Origin: Acidobacteriota bacterium
GTDB taxonomy: Bacteria > Acidobacteriota > UBA6911 > RPQK01 > JAJDTT01
DNA length: 64,000 bases
Direction of reading: 5' to 3'
NCBI GenBank assembly: GCA_965263035.1
Contig: OZ253580.1
Span: forward strand, 4,192,001-4,256,000
Shown one piece after another: positions 10,324-20,153 of this stretch; position 1 is the first letter of the stretch; every line of letters begins with the position of its first letter. The notes below the pieces were generated by a model. That model did no database searches. It had not been told where the DNA came from and worked only from the letters and a program-made list of their open reading frames with translations. The translations under genes were made by a program, and so were the position numbers.

Positions 10324-11397
10324 ATGCTACCTGGACCGCTCTCACTGGCGGCTGCAGAGCGCGGCGCACCCGGATCCTCCGTCGAAACGACGCCGGGGGA
10401 CGGCGAACCGGGTCTCGCTCCGGGGTCTGACGAGGTTGGGCCAACGAAGAGTCCCGACGAATTGAGGCGAGAGATCGACGCGCTGCGGGAGCACATCTCC
10501 CGGCTGAGCGCCGCCATCCCGCGCATCAGCGCGACCCTCGACCTCGGCACCGTCCTGCGCGAGGTCGTGGACAGCGCCCGCGCGTTGACCGGCGCCCGCT
10601 ACGGCGTGATTGCGACCCTCGGCGACGCGGGGCAGCCCCGGGAGTTCGTCTCGTCCGGCCTCACTCCGGAAGAACACCAACGGCTGACGAGCTGGTCCGG
10701 CGGGACCCAGCTCTTCGAGCACCTTCGGGGCCTTCGGGGAACGCTGAGACTGCGAGATCTGCCCGATTATTCCACCGCGCTCGGCTATCTCCCGAACCTG
10801 ATGGGGTCGAAGACCATCCAGGGCGCGCCCATGCGTCATCGGGGCATGCAAGTCGGCAACTTCTTTCTCGGCGGGAAGGAGGGAGAGCAAGAGTTCACGA
10901 GCGAGGACGAAGAGGTCCTGGTGTTGTTCGCGTCGCAGGCGGCGACGGCGATCGTCAATGCCCGCTCCCACCGGGACGAGCAGCGGGCCCGGGCCGACTT
11001 GGAGGCGCTGGTCGACACCTCGCCGGTGGGGGTCCTGGTTTTCGATGCCAGGACCGGAAATCCGGTGTCGGTCAATCGGGAGGCCAAGCGGATTGTCGGG
11101 GACCTCTGTGCGCCGGACCGCTCCGCGGAGCAACTGCTGGAGATCATGACGATCCGGCGCGCCGACGGGCGGGAGATTTCCCTCCAGGAGTTCCCCCTGG
11201 CGCAGGCGCTCAGCAGCGCGACGACGGTGCGCGCCGAGGAGATCGTCCTCCAGAGCCCCGATGGCCGGAGGGTCACGACGCTGGTCAACGCCACGCCGAT
11301 CCGTTCCGAGGACGGCGCCGTCGAGTCCGTGGTCGTCACCTTGCAGGACTTGGCGCCGATCGAGGAACTAGGAGGCTGTCCGAGAACTCGGTATTGA
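10324..11397 (+). pseudogene. GAF-PAS sensor (histidine kinase-type) truncated at an IS1182 end
   Basis: GAF (LREVVDSARALTGARYG...FTSEDEEVLVLFASQAA) plus PAS (LVDTSPVGV...VNATPIR); breaks at CTAG 11368-11371 where a HisKA domain would be expected. Confidence 0.8.
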
Positions 11398-13109
11398 GCG
11401 ACGTTCGTCCATGACAACGCTCATGGGCGATGGTCGTTGGCTTGGAAGACCATCGAATCCCGGCCTCCAAAGCCGGTGAACTCGGGTTTTTGCGCCATTT
11501 CGACTCGAAATGGGCCGATAGAGGCCGGTTTGGGACTTCATCCCCCTTTATCCGCCCTTTTTTCATGCCCAGGCCGCTCGCTTCCCGAACTCCGGACACA
11601 CCTCTCCCCGCAGTGCCGCAAAAATGATTTTCTTGAGGTTGTGCGCCACGCAGACCAGGGAGAACTCCCCCGCCACTTTCTCCTTGCCCCGCAGCCCGAA
11701 TCCCCGAAATCCCGAGTTCTTGATCTGCCCGAACACCGGCTCCACGATCGTCTTGCGACGCGCGTAGATCGCCTGGCTCTCCGGTTGCGACATCCGCTCG
11801 TTCATCGCCCGTCGCAACGGCTCCTTCCCGTCGCTCGTGATCGTGCGCGCCGCCCCCGACTTCGACCGGCAGCAACGACGATAGTAGGCACAGGATCGGC
11901 ACGCCTCGATCTCCCCCTGATACACCCGCTGTCCCGTGCCGCGGGTGGTTTTCAACGTCAGCAGTTGGCCGCCGGGACAGTGAAAGCCGTCCCGCTCTTC
12001 GTCATAGCGAAAGTCCGCCTTCACCAAGTAACGCTTGCTCGCGTCCAGGTCCCCCTTCCCCCGCTTCTCTCCCCGGTCCGTCGCGATGTAGGCTTCCACC
12101 TTCCGATCCGACGTCTCCTGCAGGTTCTTCCCCGAGTAGTACCCGTTGTCCAGACTCAGCTTCTCCGGCAACCGACCGCTCGTCTCCTCCACCTCATCCA
12201 GGGCCTGAGCCATTTCCTGGGCGTCGTTCGCCTGCTGGCTCACGTGCTGCCCCACGATCACCTGCGACTTGCCGTCCACGCTGATCTGTGCGTTGTACGC
12301 GTACTCGAAGTCCCCTTTTTGCTTCATGATCCGCGCCTCGGGGTCCGCAAAGCTGATCTGCTTCTTGTCCTCGATCTTCTGACCCGGTCGAAGCTCCTGC
12401 TCCCGCGCTTCCAGCGCCTGCTTCATCTCCCGGACCTTCTTCAACCGCTGCTTCTTGTCGCGCAGGTCATCGGGCAGCTCATACCCGGTCCGCTCCTGGT
12501 AGACCCGGTCCTCTTCCTCGTCGCAGCGGTCCGCCTGCCGGGTCAAGGCTTCGATCTCCTCGCACAATTCCTGCTCCTTCTCCTTCAGCCGTCCGTAGCT
12601 CATCGCCTTGTGCTTCGAGCTGTTCGCCTTGAACTTGGACCCGTCCAGGCTCACGTGTCCCAAACTCACCAGCCCCAGCCCCAGCGCCAGCGCCAACTGC
12701 ACCGTCTGTTTGAAGCAGGCCCGGAAGAACCCTCCGTGGTCCTTCCGGAAATCACTCAACACCCGGAAGTTCGGGCAGTTCCTCCCCGCCAGGTACATGA
12801 AGCCGAGATCTTCCCGGCAGCGCTGCTCGATCTGCCGCGAGCTGAACACGCCGTGACTGTAGGCGTAGATCAGGATCGAAACGATCTGGCGCGGCGCGTA
12901 GGCCCGCTGACCCCGGTGGCTGTACCGGGCCTCCACTTCCGACGTGTCCAGTTGCTCGAACAGTTCCTGATAGAGGAAACATTCGTGATCCTCCGGCAAG
13001 AGGTCGAACAGGTTGGTCGCAAACAACCGACTCTGGCAATAGTCCTTGCGATAGGGCTTGAATCGGGGGGCCATCCGACATTCTCCTGATGATCTGTTCC
13101 CCTTATTTT
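11372..13109 (-). mobile_element. IS1182-family insertion sequence (one end visible)
   Basis: Candidate terminal GAGGCTGTCCGAGAAC after CTAG; transposase inside; opposite IR not found. Confidence 0.7.
11563..13074 (-). CDS. IS1182-family transposase
   Basis: DUF772-type N-terminus (LLPEDH, YAYSHGVFSSRQIE), DGSKFKANSS, YNAQ, DNGYYS, RRKTIVEPVFGQIK. Confidence 0.92.
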   Translation of the reverse strand: MAPRFKPYRKDYCQSRLFATNLFDLLPEDHECFLYQELFEQLDTSEVEARYSHRGQRAYAPRQIVSILIYAYSHGVFSSRQIEQRCREDLGFMYLAGRNCPNFRVLSDFRKDHGGFFRACFKQTVQLALALGLGLVSLGHVSLDGSKFKANSSKHKAMSYGRLKEKEQELCEEIEALTRQADRCDEEEDRVYQERTGYELPDDLRDKKQRLKKVREMKQALEAREQELRPGQKIEDKKQISFADPEARIMKQKGDFEYAYNAQISVDGKSQVIVGQHVSQQANDAQEMAQALDEVEETSGRLPEKLSLDNGYYSGKNLQETSDRKVEAYIATDRGEKRGKGDLDASKRYLVKADFRYDEERDGFHCPGGQLLTLKTTRGTGQRVYQGEIEACRSCAYYRRCCRSKSGAARTITSDGKEPLRRAMNERMSQPESQAIYARRKTIVEPVFGQIKNSGFRGFGLRGKEKVAGEFSLVCVAHNLKKIIFAALRGEVCPEFGKRAAWA

Positions 13110-13527
13110 AGGAGTATCCATGTTGCAAGTGGTGGGTGCTAATCGGTGTTTCCATCCCGTGTCGTTAGTACGTGATCTGTCCGGTCCAAAGGGCACAGGG
13201 TTAGGAGGAGCGTTCTTCCGCCGGAGGTGAGGCGGAGATCGAGCTGGATCCGCCGGGCGCCGTGCAGGGGGCGATGAGTGGACCGATAACTGGATCGAGG
13301 GACCTGAGATCGTCGACGTCAGTCCTCCGGGAGGTCCGGATACGCCCTGGGGAGCGTCGGGTCACCCGAAGGGCCGCAGCGAAGCGGAGGAGCCGGAGGA
13401 GGAACCGGAGGCTTGACCCGACGCTCCCCAGGGCGTATCCGTGCCTTTCGGACCGGACACTTCACGGGCTAACGCCATGGGATAGACGCATCAGCTAGAA
13501 GCCACCACTTGCAACATGGATACTCCT
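13110..13527. mobile_element. 418-bp non-coding fold-back/MITE-like element
   Basis: 26-bp perfect TIR (AGGAGTATCCATGTTGCAAGTGGTGG) extending imperfectly to ~87 bp; internal perfect 28-bp IR 13337-13364/13414-13441. Confidence 0.8.
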
Positions 13528-14715
13528 CTACCACATGGACTTCTTGTCCCCCCACGGGTGACGGAGAAGCTCCTCCTCGCGGAGCTCGGTCCCCCATCCG
13601 GGGCCGGTGGGAATCTTCATGTGGCCGTTGACGACCTCAGGCGCATGGGTCGTCACATCATCCCTCCACGGCACGTCGTCGATGTCGGCCTCCATGATGC
13701 GGACGTTGGGGAGGACTCCGCAGAGGCTGGCGCTCATAAAGGTTGCCAAGTGGCTGTAGTAGTTGTGAGGAGCGATGTTCAATTGGTAGGTCTCCGCCAG
13801 GTCCCCGATCTTCTTGGCCTGGGAGAAGCCGTTCCAGGGCACGTCGACCATGAACACGTCGGCCGCCCGCAACTCGAAGTAGGGGATGAACTCCCGCATG
13901 TAGATCAGGTTCTCCCCGGTGCAGATGGGCGTGGAGGTCGATTCCTTGATGTCCCGAATGGATTGGGGATCGTACATGTCGATCTCCAGCCAGAGCAGGT
14001 TGTAGGGCTCCAAGGCACGGGCGATCCGGCGGCAGGCTTCCGGTTTGAAGTTGAAATTGAGGTCCAGGTTGATGTCCACGTGGGGCCCGACCGCCTCTCG
14101 AAAAGTGGCGATGATGCTCACGATGTGGTCCAGCAACTGAGGGGTGATGGCCTGGTCCGTCGTGCCGGGACCCCGAGCGAATCCGGGAAAGTAGGCGAAC
14201 GGAGTATCCCCCGGGAAGATGATGTTGGTCTTCAAGGCGGTGTAGCCCTTCGCCACCACCTCACGGCCCAGGGCGCCCACGTCCGACAGCGTCCGGAGCG
14301 GCTCGCACCGAACATGACGGTAGTGCGCGGTCCGGGTGGTTCCGCAATGGGACCAGTAGAGGCGGACCTCTTCCCTCAGGGGACCGCCGAAGAGCTCTAC
14401 GACGGAGATGCCCAGGGCGCGCGCCTTGATGTCCAGGAGCGCCAGCTCGATGCCGGCGATCCCCTTGGCAGCGATGCCCCCCGGACTCTGGCGGGTGCCT
14501 CGGATCATGTCCCAGAACCGCATCTCGAAGGCCCGGGGATCCTGTCCCAAGAGGATCGGCTTCAGGTCGTTGACGACACCCACCACGCCCCACGGATTCT
14601 TGCCGTCGCTGCATTCCCCGCAGCCGGTCACCCCCTCGTCGGTCTCGATCTTGACGAAGACCCAGGGCCTCCAACCGGCGTCTACGACGAAGGTCTTGAT
14701 CTCGGTGATTTTCAT
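13528..14715 (-). CDS. Mandelate racemase family (galactonate dehydratase-like)
   Basis: MKITEIKTF..RPWVFVKIETDEGVTGCGE, AGIELALLDIKARALG, TPICTGEN, APHN, GPGWG. Confidence 0.88.
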   Translation of the reverse strand: MKITEIKTFVVDAGWRPWVFVKIETDEGVTGCGECSDGKNPWGVVGVVNDLKPILLGQDPRAFEMRFWDMIRGTRQSPGGIAAKGIAGIELALLDIKARALGISVVELFGGPLREEVRLYWSHCGTTRTAHYRHVRCEPLRTLSDVGALGREVVAKGYTALKTNIIFPGDTPFAYFPGFARGPGTTDQAITPQLLDHIVSIIATFREAVGPHVDINLDLNFNFKPEACRRIARALEPYNLLWLEIDMYDPQSIRDIKESTSTPICTGENLIYMREFIPYFELRAADVFMVDVPWNGFSQAKKIGDLAETYQLNIAPHNYYSHLATFMSASLCGVLPNVRIMEADIDDVPWRDDVTTHAPEVVNGHMKIPTGPGWGTELREEELLRHPWGDKKSMW

Positions 14716-14875
14716 GGTGATAGTCCCTCGTTTTTGAAAAGGCCCCGAGAGCGTACGCTTGGGGATGTTTCCCACGCAAGCCTCGCGTGGGCGACTCGGA
14801 CGATGAAAAGAAAAAGGCTGATCGTTCTTTGGTCACACGTCGCCGGCAGCGCCTGTACGATCATATTGACCAACA

Positions 14876-14889
14876 CCCATAAATATGGG
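14876..14889. promoter_or_regulatory. Putative vapBC operator
   Basis: CCCAT-AAAT-ATGGG palindrome plus a repeated ATATGGG just upstream of the antitoxin ATG; TTGACC at ~14866. Confidence 0.45.
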
Positions 14890-14902
14890 AATATGGGACT
14901 CA

Positions 14903-15169
14903 ATGAAGACGACCGTGGAACTTCCCGATGCCACCTTCCGCCAAGCCAAGGTCCTGGCCGCCAGCCAGGGCATGACCTTCAAGCAGTTCTTCACCGAAGC
15001 CGTCGAGGAGAGGCTCCGCCGTTACAATCGTGAAGCCGCTGATCGGGAGATAGAACCCCCATGGATGGCTGGTTTCGGCGTCTTAGCCGACCTGTCGCAT
15101 GAAAATCGCCGTATCATGAGGATGATCGAGGAGGAATTCGAGACGCTCGACTCCGAAGACTTGGAATGA
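14903..15169 (+). CDS. vapB: VapB-like antitoxin (RHH)
   Basis: MKTTVELPDATFRQAK N-terminus, acidic tail, ATGA overlap with the PIN gene. Confidence 0.75.
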   Translation: MKTTVELPDATFRQAKVLAASQGMTFKQFFTEAVEERLRRYNREAADREIEPPWMAGFGVLADLSHENRRIMRMIEEEFETLDSEDLE

Positions 15170-15543
15170 TCCTCGATACCAATGCCCTGTCCGCCTGGGT
15201 GGAAGGACACTCGGCGATCGAGACATCGCTTCGATCCGCCCGGCGCCTCATTATTCCCAGCATCGTTCTCGGCGAATACTACTTTGGTATTCGGCAATCG
15301 CATCATCGTGTCCGCTACGAGGACTGGCTTCGCCGATTTCTGCCGCTGACCGAGATCGCCACCGTCACCCATGCGACGGCAGACTTGTACGCCGACATCC
15401 GCTTGGAACTGAGGCGCCTGGGTGCGCCCATTCCGTCCAATGACATCTGGATTGCGGCCCTTGCCCGCCAGCACACACAGCCGGTATTGAGCAACGATGC
15501 CCACTTCGAGCTCGTCAGCGGCATCGTCTGGATCTCCTTTTGA
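15166..15543 (+). CDS. vapC: VapC PIN-domain toxin
   Basis: MILDTNALS, IVLGE, PSNDIWIAALA, SNDAHF. Confidence 0.92.
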   Translation: MILDTNALSAWVEGHSAIETSLRSARRLIIPSIVLGEYYFGIRQSHHRVRYEDWLRRFLPLTEIATVTHATADLYADIRLELRRLGAPIPSNDIWIAALARQHTQPVLSNDAHFELVSGIVWISF

Positions 15544-15651
15544 GACGGTCCTGCTCCAACAGCACTCATCCTCAGATGGCGTGTCCGCAAGGCGTTTTCA
15601 GACCCGGCCGGGGCGTGCTAATCTGGTTCCCACTCAATTAGGGGAGATCAC

Positions 15652-16236
15652 ATGGACAAAGTACTTGTCATTGTCGGTGATGCGACCGAGACCGTGGATA
15701 CGCTGTATCCGTATTTTCGCCTCCAGGAGGCTGGCTTCCAGCCCATCGTCGCGGCGCCGGAGAAGCGCCGTTACAACATGGTCCTGCATGAGATCGGGCC
15801 CAACTGGGACATCACCCGGGAGTTCGAGGGCTACAAGATCGATGCGGACATCGCCTTTCGCGACGTGGTGCCGGAAGAATACCTGGGCATTTTCTTTTCG
15901 GGCGGCCGGGCCCCCGAGTACATTCGTTACGATGAGGATCTGGTCGCCATGACGCGCCATTTCTTCGACGCCAACAAGCCGGTGGGCTGTGTCTGCCACG
16001 GCGTGGAGATTCCCGCTTACGCCGGCTGCGTCAAGGGGCGGAGAATGGCGACCGTGCCCAAGTGCAAGTTCGACCTGGAAGTGTGCGGCGGCATCTTCGT
16101 CGACGCTGGTTGCGTCGTGGACGGCAACCTGGTGAGCGGGCGCACGTATCACGACCATGGCCAGTACATGGGGTATTGGATCCGGCTGCTGATCGAGGCT
16201 CGTGAGGAACAGCTTGTCCAGGCCGTGGCCGGCTGA
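15652..16236 (+). CDS. DJ-1/PfpI family protein
   Basis: GGRAPEYIR, VCHG nucleophile elbow, VVDGNLVSGR. Confidence 0.88.
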   Translation: MDKVLVIVGDATETVDTLYPYFRLQEAGFQPIVAAPEKRRYNMVLHEIGPNWDITREFEGYKIDADIAFRDVVPEEYLGIFFSGGRAPEYIRYDEDLVAMTRHFFDANKPVGCVCHGVEIPAYAGCVKGRRMATVPKCKFDLEVCGGIFVDAGCVVDGNLVSGRTYHDHGQYMGYWIRLLIEAREEQLVQAVAG

Positions 16237-16237
16237 G

Positions 16238-18640
16238 TTGAGATCCCCCCGGAAATCTTTCGCAACTCTGGCGGCGGGCTGCTGTGGCCTGTTCCTGGCC
16301 GGCGCTTGCTCCCCGGTTTCCGATCTCCCGAAATCTCCGTCCTACCCTCTCGTGGTCGGATTCGAGCGTTTTCACCGGAACGGGGATGCGGACCGGCTCC
16401 ACGGAGGCGAAATCCTTCTGGGAGAGCTGGGTTGCACCCATTGCCACCTGGCCGATGGAGCAGTCGCCCAACGGGTCATTTCCCGGCAGGCTCCCATCTT
16501 GGACGGCGTCGGCGGCCGGATCCGCCTGGCTTATCTGAAAGACTTCCTGACTCGACCCCAGGAGACCAAGCCGGGAACACCCATGCCCCATCTTCTGGCC
16601 GGTTGGGCCCCGGAAGAGCGGGACGCTGCGGCCGAGGCTCTGGCCCACTTTCTCGCTTCTCTCGGGGCGCCGGATCCGGCAGAGTCCGCTCCGGAAACGA
16701 ATCCGCATGAGATTGAGGAAGGAGAGCGGCTGTACCATACGGTCGGGTGCGTCGCCTGCCACGCCTCCTTCTTGCCGCCCGGAATCCTGCACCAGGAAGA
16801 TGGAGAAGGATATTCTCTGGCGAGCATCCAGTACCAAACGCCTAGCGTCCCATCGGTTCCCCTGGCGGATCAGACTCGGAAGACGACCTTGGAGCCGTTG
16901 GCCGGTTTTTTGGTGGACCCCGTGCGGACCCGGCCCGCAGGAAGAATGCCTCCCATGCGGCTCACCAATGCGGAGGCCCGTTCCATCGCCGCCTATCTGC
17001 TGGAGCAGGCCACGGACCGCACGGTTCCAGAGAACATCAACCCCGACGCGGAAAAGGTCGCGAAAGGCCAAGCTCTTTTTCGGGAGCTGCGTTGCAACGC
17101 CTGCCACCGGCTTGGAGAAGGGGAGACCGTCGCGGCCCCGATTCCGGTGCTTTCGCGGCTTGAGGAACTGGACCCCGGAAAACCGGGCGGCTGCCTGGAC
17201 CCGTCGCCCCGGAAGGGGGTGCCCAACTATGAACTGGACCCGGACCAGCGGGCCGCTCTCGGCGAGGCGCTGTCTGGGCTGAAAGGAGCCGTCAGCCGTC
17301 TCGATCCCGAGGCCGAGGTCCGGCGGAATCTGGAGATCTACAATTGCTTCGCCTGTCACCGGCGGGGAGAGCAGGGCGGACCCGAACCGGGAAGAGCGGC
17401 CTATTTCCTGCCGGTGGAGGAGTTGGACATGGGGAACGAGGGCCGGTTGCCCCCACCCTTGACCGAGGTCGGCCGCAAGTTGACTCCCCCGTGGTTGAGG
17501 AAGGTCCTGGAGGGATCGGGCATGGTGCGTCCCTATCTGATGGTTCGAATGCCGGACTACGGGACCGCCGCCGAAACCCTGGCGGACGCCTTGATACGTG
17601 CCGACGAAAACCTGCAGTTGCCCGCTACGGATGTCTCCGGCACCTTGCACCACCACCGGAATCGTTACGGGCGCCGCCTCATGGGGGCCGACGGTCTCAA
17701 TTGCATCAACTGTCACGGCCTCCGCGGACACCCCTCCACTGGCATGCCGGCCCTGGACTTGGCCGACACCCTGGAACGCCTCCAACCCGACTGGTTCAAG
17801 CGATACCTCCTGGACCCCGACTCCAGCCGTCCCGGCACTCTGATGCCTACCTTCTTCGAAGGAGGGAAGGGCACTCTGACGGAGGTGTTGGAGGGAGACG
17901 CGGACAAACAGATCGAGGCCATCCTCACCTACCTGAAGGAACTGGACCAGACCCGCCTGCCCGTGGGCATGGAGCCGGACAAGTTCTTCGAGCTGGTCCC
18001 CGGGGAACGGCCCATCCTGTTGCGGACCTTCATGGAGGGAGTCGGCACCCACGCCATCGCCGTGGGTTTTCCCCAGGGAATCCATTTCGCCTTCGATGCC
18101 TTGGAGGTCCGATCCAAACTCCTCTGGAGAGGCCGATTCCTCAACGCCGAGTCCACTTGGTCCAATCGCTTTTCGCCCTTCGTGCACCCCTTGAGCGAGG
18201 ATCTGGCCAAGCTTCCTGACGCCATGCCTCTGGCGTCCCTGAAGAACGGCCTGAGTCCCTGGCCCGACCGGACGGGTAAAGAGGCGGGCTACCGCATGGG
18301 TGGATTCCGGATCTCGCCTTCCGGTGCACCCACGTTCCTTTACAGTTTTCAGGGGATCGCCGTCGAGGAACGGCTGATCCCTTCCCACGACAGCACCTGG
18401 TTCCGGCGGACTCTCGAGCTCACCGGCGCGGGCGATTCGGTATGGTTCCTGGCGGCGCGGGCTCCGAAGATCGAATCCCAGGACGGGGGACTTTTTTCCG
18501 CCGAAGGCCTCAAGGTCCGGCTCCGTGAGCCGGAAGTCTCCGTGGCGCATCTCCGCCGTTCGGGCAATGCCGACGAGTTGCTGCTCCCGATCCGATTCCG
18601 GAAAGGGCGCGCCCGGGTGCAACAGGAGGTCTCGTGGTGA
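16238..18640 (+). CDS. Multiheme c-type cytochrome lipoprotein (5 CxxCH)
   Basis: Lipobox LAGAC; CTHCH, CVACH, CNACH, CFACH and CINCH motifs, each followed by distal MP motifs; start uncertain (16202/16238). Confidence 0.8.
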   Translation: MRSPRKSFATLAAGCCGLFLAGACSPVSDLPKSPSYPLVVGFERFHRNGDADRLHGGEILLGELGCTHCHLADGAVAQRVISRQAPILDGVGGRIRLAYLKDFLTRPQETKPGTPMPHLLAGWAPEERDAAAEALAHFLASLGAPDPAESAPETNPHEIEEGERLYHTVGCVACHASFLPPGILHQEDGEGYSLASIQYQTPSVPSVPLADQTRKTTLEPLAGFLVDPVRTRPAGRMPPMRLTNAEARSIAAYLLEQATDRTVPENINPDAEKVAKGQALFRELRCNACHRLGEGETVAAPIPVLSRLEELDPGKPGGCLDPSPRKGVPNYELDPDQRAALGEALSGLKGAVSRLDPEAEVRRNLEIYNCFACHRRGEQGGPEPGRAAYFLPVEELDMGNEGRLPPPLTEVGRKLTPPWLRKVLEGSGMVRPYLMVRMPDYGTAAETLADALIRADENLQLPATDVSGTLHHHRNRYGRRLMGADGLNCINCHGLRGHPSTGMPALDLADTLERLQPDWFKRYLLDPDSSRPGTLMPTFFEGGKGTLTEVLEGDADKQIEAILTYLKELDQTRLPVGMEPDKFFELVPGERPILLRTFMEGVGTHAIAVGFPQGIHFAFDALEVRSKLLWRGRFLNAESTWSNRFSPFVHPLSEDLAKLPDAMPLASLKNGLSPWPDRTGKEAGYRMGGFRISPSGAPTFLYSFQGIAVEERLIPSHDSTWFRRTLELTGAGDSVWFLAARAPKIESQDGGLFSAEGLKVRLREPEVSVAHLRRSGNADELLLPIRFRKGRARVQQEVSW

Positions 18641-20133
18641 GACGCCTTGGCCTTCTGTTTCCGATTCTGTTCGGGCTCGCTGCGAGCCTGCGCGCGCAGG
18701 AAGAAGACTACTATCGCATCGTCACCCTCCCCGTTCCGGAAACGGTCCCGTTCGAGGTCAGCGGTCTGGAAGTCCTGCCGGACGGAAAGATCGCGGCAGC
18801 CATCCGACGGGGAGAAGTCTGGTTGGTCGAGGGCGCCTACAAGGAACCGCCCGAGGGGCTCCGATTTCGCAGGATCGCCCAGGCGCTGCACGAGCCCCTG
18901 GGCCTGATTCGCCACGGCGATTCCCTCTATCTGGCCCAGAGGAGCGAGCTGACGCGGCTCCGGGATCTCGACGGCGACGGCGTGATCGACGAGTACCTCA
19001 CCGTCACCAACGACTGGGGCATCACCGGCAACTACCACGAATACGCTTACGGGCCCCGAGTCGATGGGGAAGGGAATTTCTGGCTCACCCTCAACGCCTC
19101 CATCGGCAAGCGGACCGCCGGCACCAACGCGTGGCGGGGATGGGCCGTGAAGGTGACGCCTCAGGGCCGCCTGCTTCCCGTGGCTACGGGTCTGCGATCG
19201 CCTTGCGGGATCGGAATGAACAGCCGCGGAGACGTCTTCACCACCGACCAGCAGGGAGGCTGGGTCGCGACCTGCGCCCTCCATCACCTGGAGGAGGGAG
19301 ACTTCTACGGACATCCCGACGGTCTCAAGTCGTGCTCTCGTCCCGGCTCGCCCGTCGCCTGTCCGGAGCGAATCCCCACCGGTATCAACGTCGTGGAGGC
19401 GGCCAAGCAGATTCCGGGATTCAAGTTGCCGGCGGTCTGGTTCCCTTACCGGAAGATGGGCCGGAGTTCCACCGACTTGGCCTGGGATCAGACCGAGGGC
19501 CGCTTCGGACCCTTTGAGGGACAGCTCTTCGTGGGGGATTTCACCGACGCCATGATCTCGCGGGTGTTTCTGGAACGGGTGGACGGGGGGTACCAGGGAG
19601 CCTGCTTTCCCTTTCGGGAGGGATTCCGGAGCGCCGTGGTTCGGATGGTCTTCGGAGCCGACGGATCGCTGTTCGTGGGCGAGACCAACCGTGGATGGAA
19701 CTCCATGGGCACCCGCTCCTACGGCCTGGAACGCCTGGTCTGGACCGGCAGCACGCCCTTCGAGGTCCGGGAGATGCGCGCCCTTTCCAACGGCTTTCGG
19801 CTCACCTTCACCCGGCCCGTCGACCCGGATCGGGCCGCGCGGCCCGATAGCTACCGCATGTCCAGCTACACCTATCTCTACCATCCCGACTACGGCAGTC
19901 CGGAGGTGGAGACCAAGGAGCTGAACCTGACCACGGCCCGCGTGGCCGCCGGCGGACGATCGGTGGACCTGACCGTCGAGGGGCTCAGGCCGGGCTACGT
20001 TCACGAACTCCACTTGCCGGGAGTGGTGTCCGTCGAAGGAGAGAGTCTGCTCCACCCCAGGGCCTACTACACGCTGAACCGGATTCCGTCCGCCGCTCCC
20101 GACGCGGACCCGGGGAACGTGGTCCGTCGCTGA
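18634..20133 (+). CDS. Secreted beta-propeller (glucose/sorbosone dehydrogenase-like) partner of the cytochrome
   Basis: Signal peptide; DLDGDGVID, GNYHEYAYGP, GLRSPCG, DQQGGW, GPFEGQLFVGD; overlaps the cytochrome gene. Confidence 0.7.
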   Translation: MVRRLGLLFPILFGLAASLRAQEEDYYRIVTLPVPETVPFEVSGLEVLPDGKIAAAIRRGEVWLVEGAYKEPPEGLRFRRIAQALHEPLGLIRHGDSLYLAQRSELTRLRDLDGDGVIDEYLTVTNDWGITGNYHEYAYGPRVDGEGNFWLTLNASIGKRTAGTNAWRGWAVKVTPQGRLLPVATGLRSPCGIGMNSRGDVFTTDQQGGWVATCALHHLEEGDFYGHPDGLKSCSRPGSPVACPERIPTGINVVEAAKQIPGFKLPAVWFPYRKMGRSSTDLAWDQTEGRFGPFEGQLFVGDFTDAMISRVFLERVDGGYQGACFPFREGFRSAVVRMVFGADGSLFVGETNRGWNSMGTRSYGLERLVWTGSTPFEVREMRALSNGFRLTFTRPVDPDRAARPDSYRMSSYTYLYHPDYGSPEVETKELNLTTARVAAGGRSVDLTVEGLRPGYVHELHLPGVVSVEGESLLHPRAYYTLNRIPSAAPDADPGNVVRR

Positions 20134-20153
20134 GCCAATCTTCCGAGTGTTCC

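Noticed and set aside
12665-12695. CCCAGC hexamer run in the transposase as a phase-variation tract
   Set aside because: In-frame and short; it only adds an LG dipeptide
11437-13089. 550-aa plus-strand ORF and other long antisense ORFs (e.g. 16031-18622, 18349-20415, 29658-31865, 40835-42718)
   Set aside because: Shadow ORFs opposite well-supported genes in GC-rich DNA; no recognisable motifs
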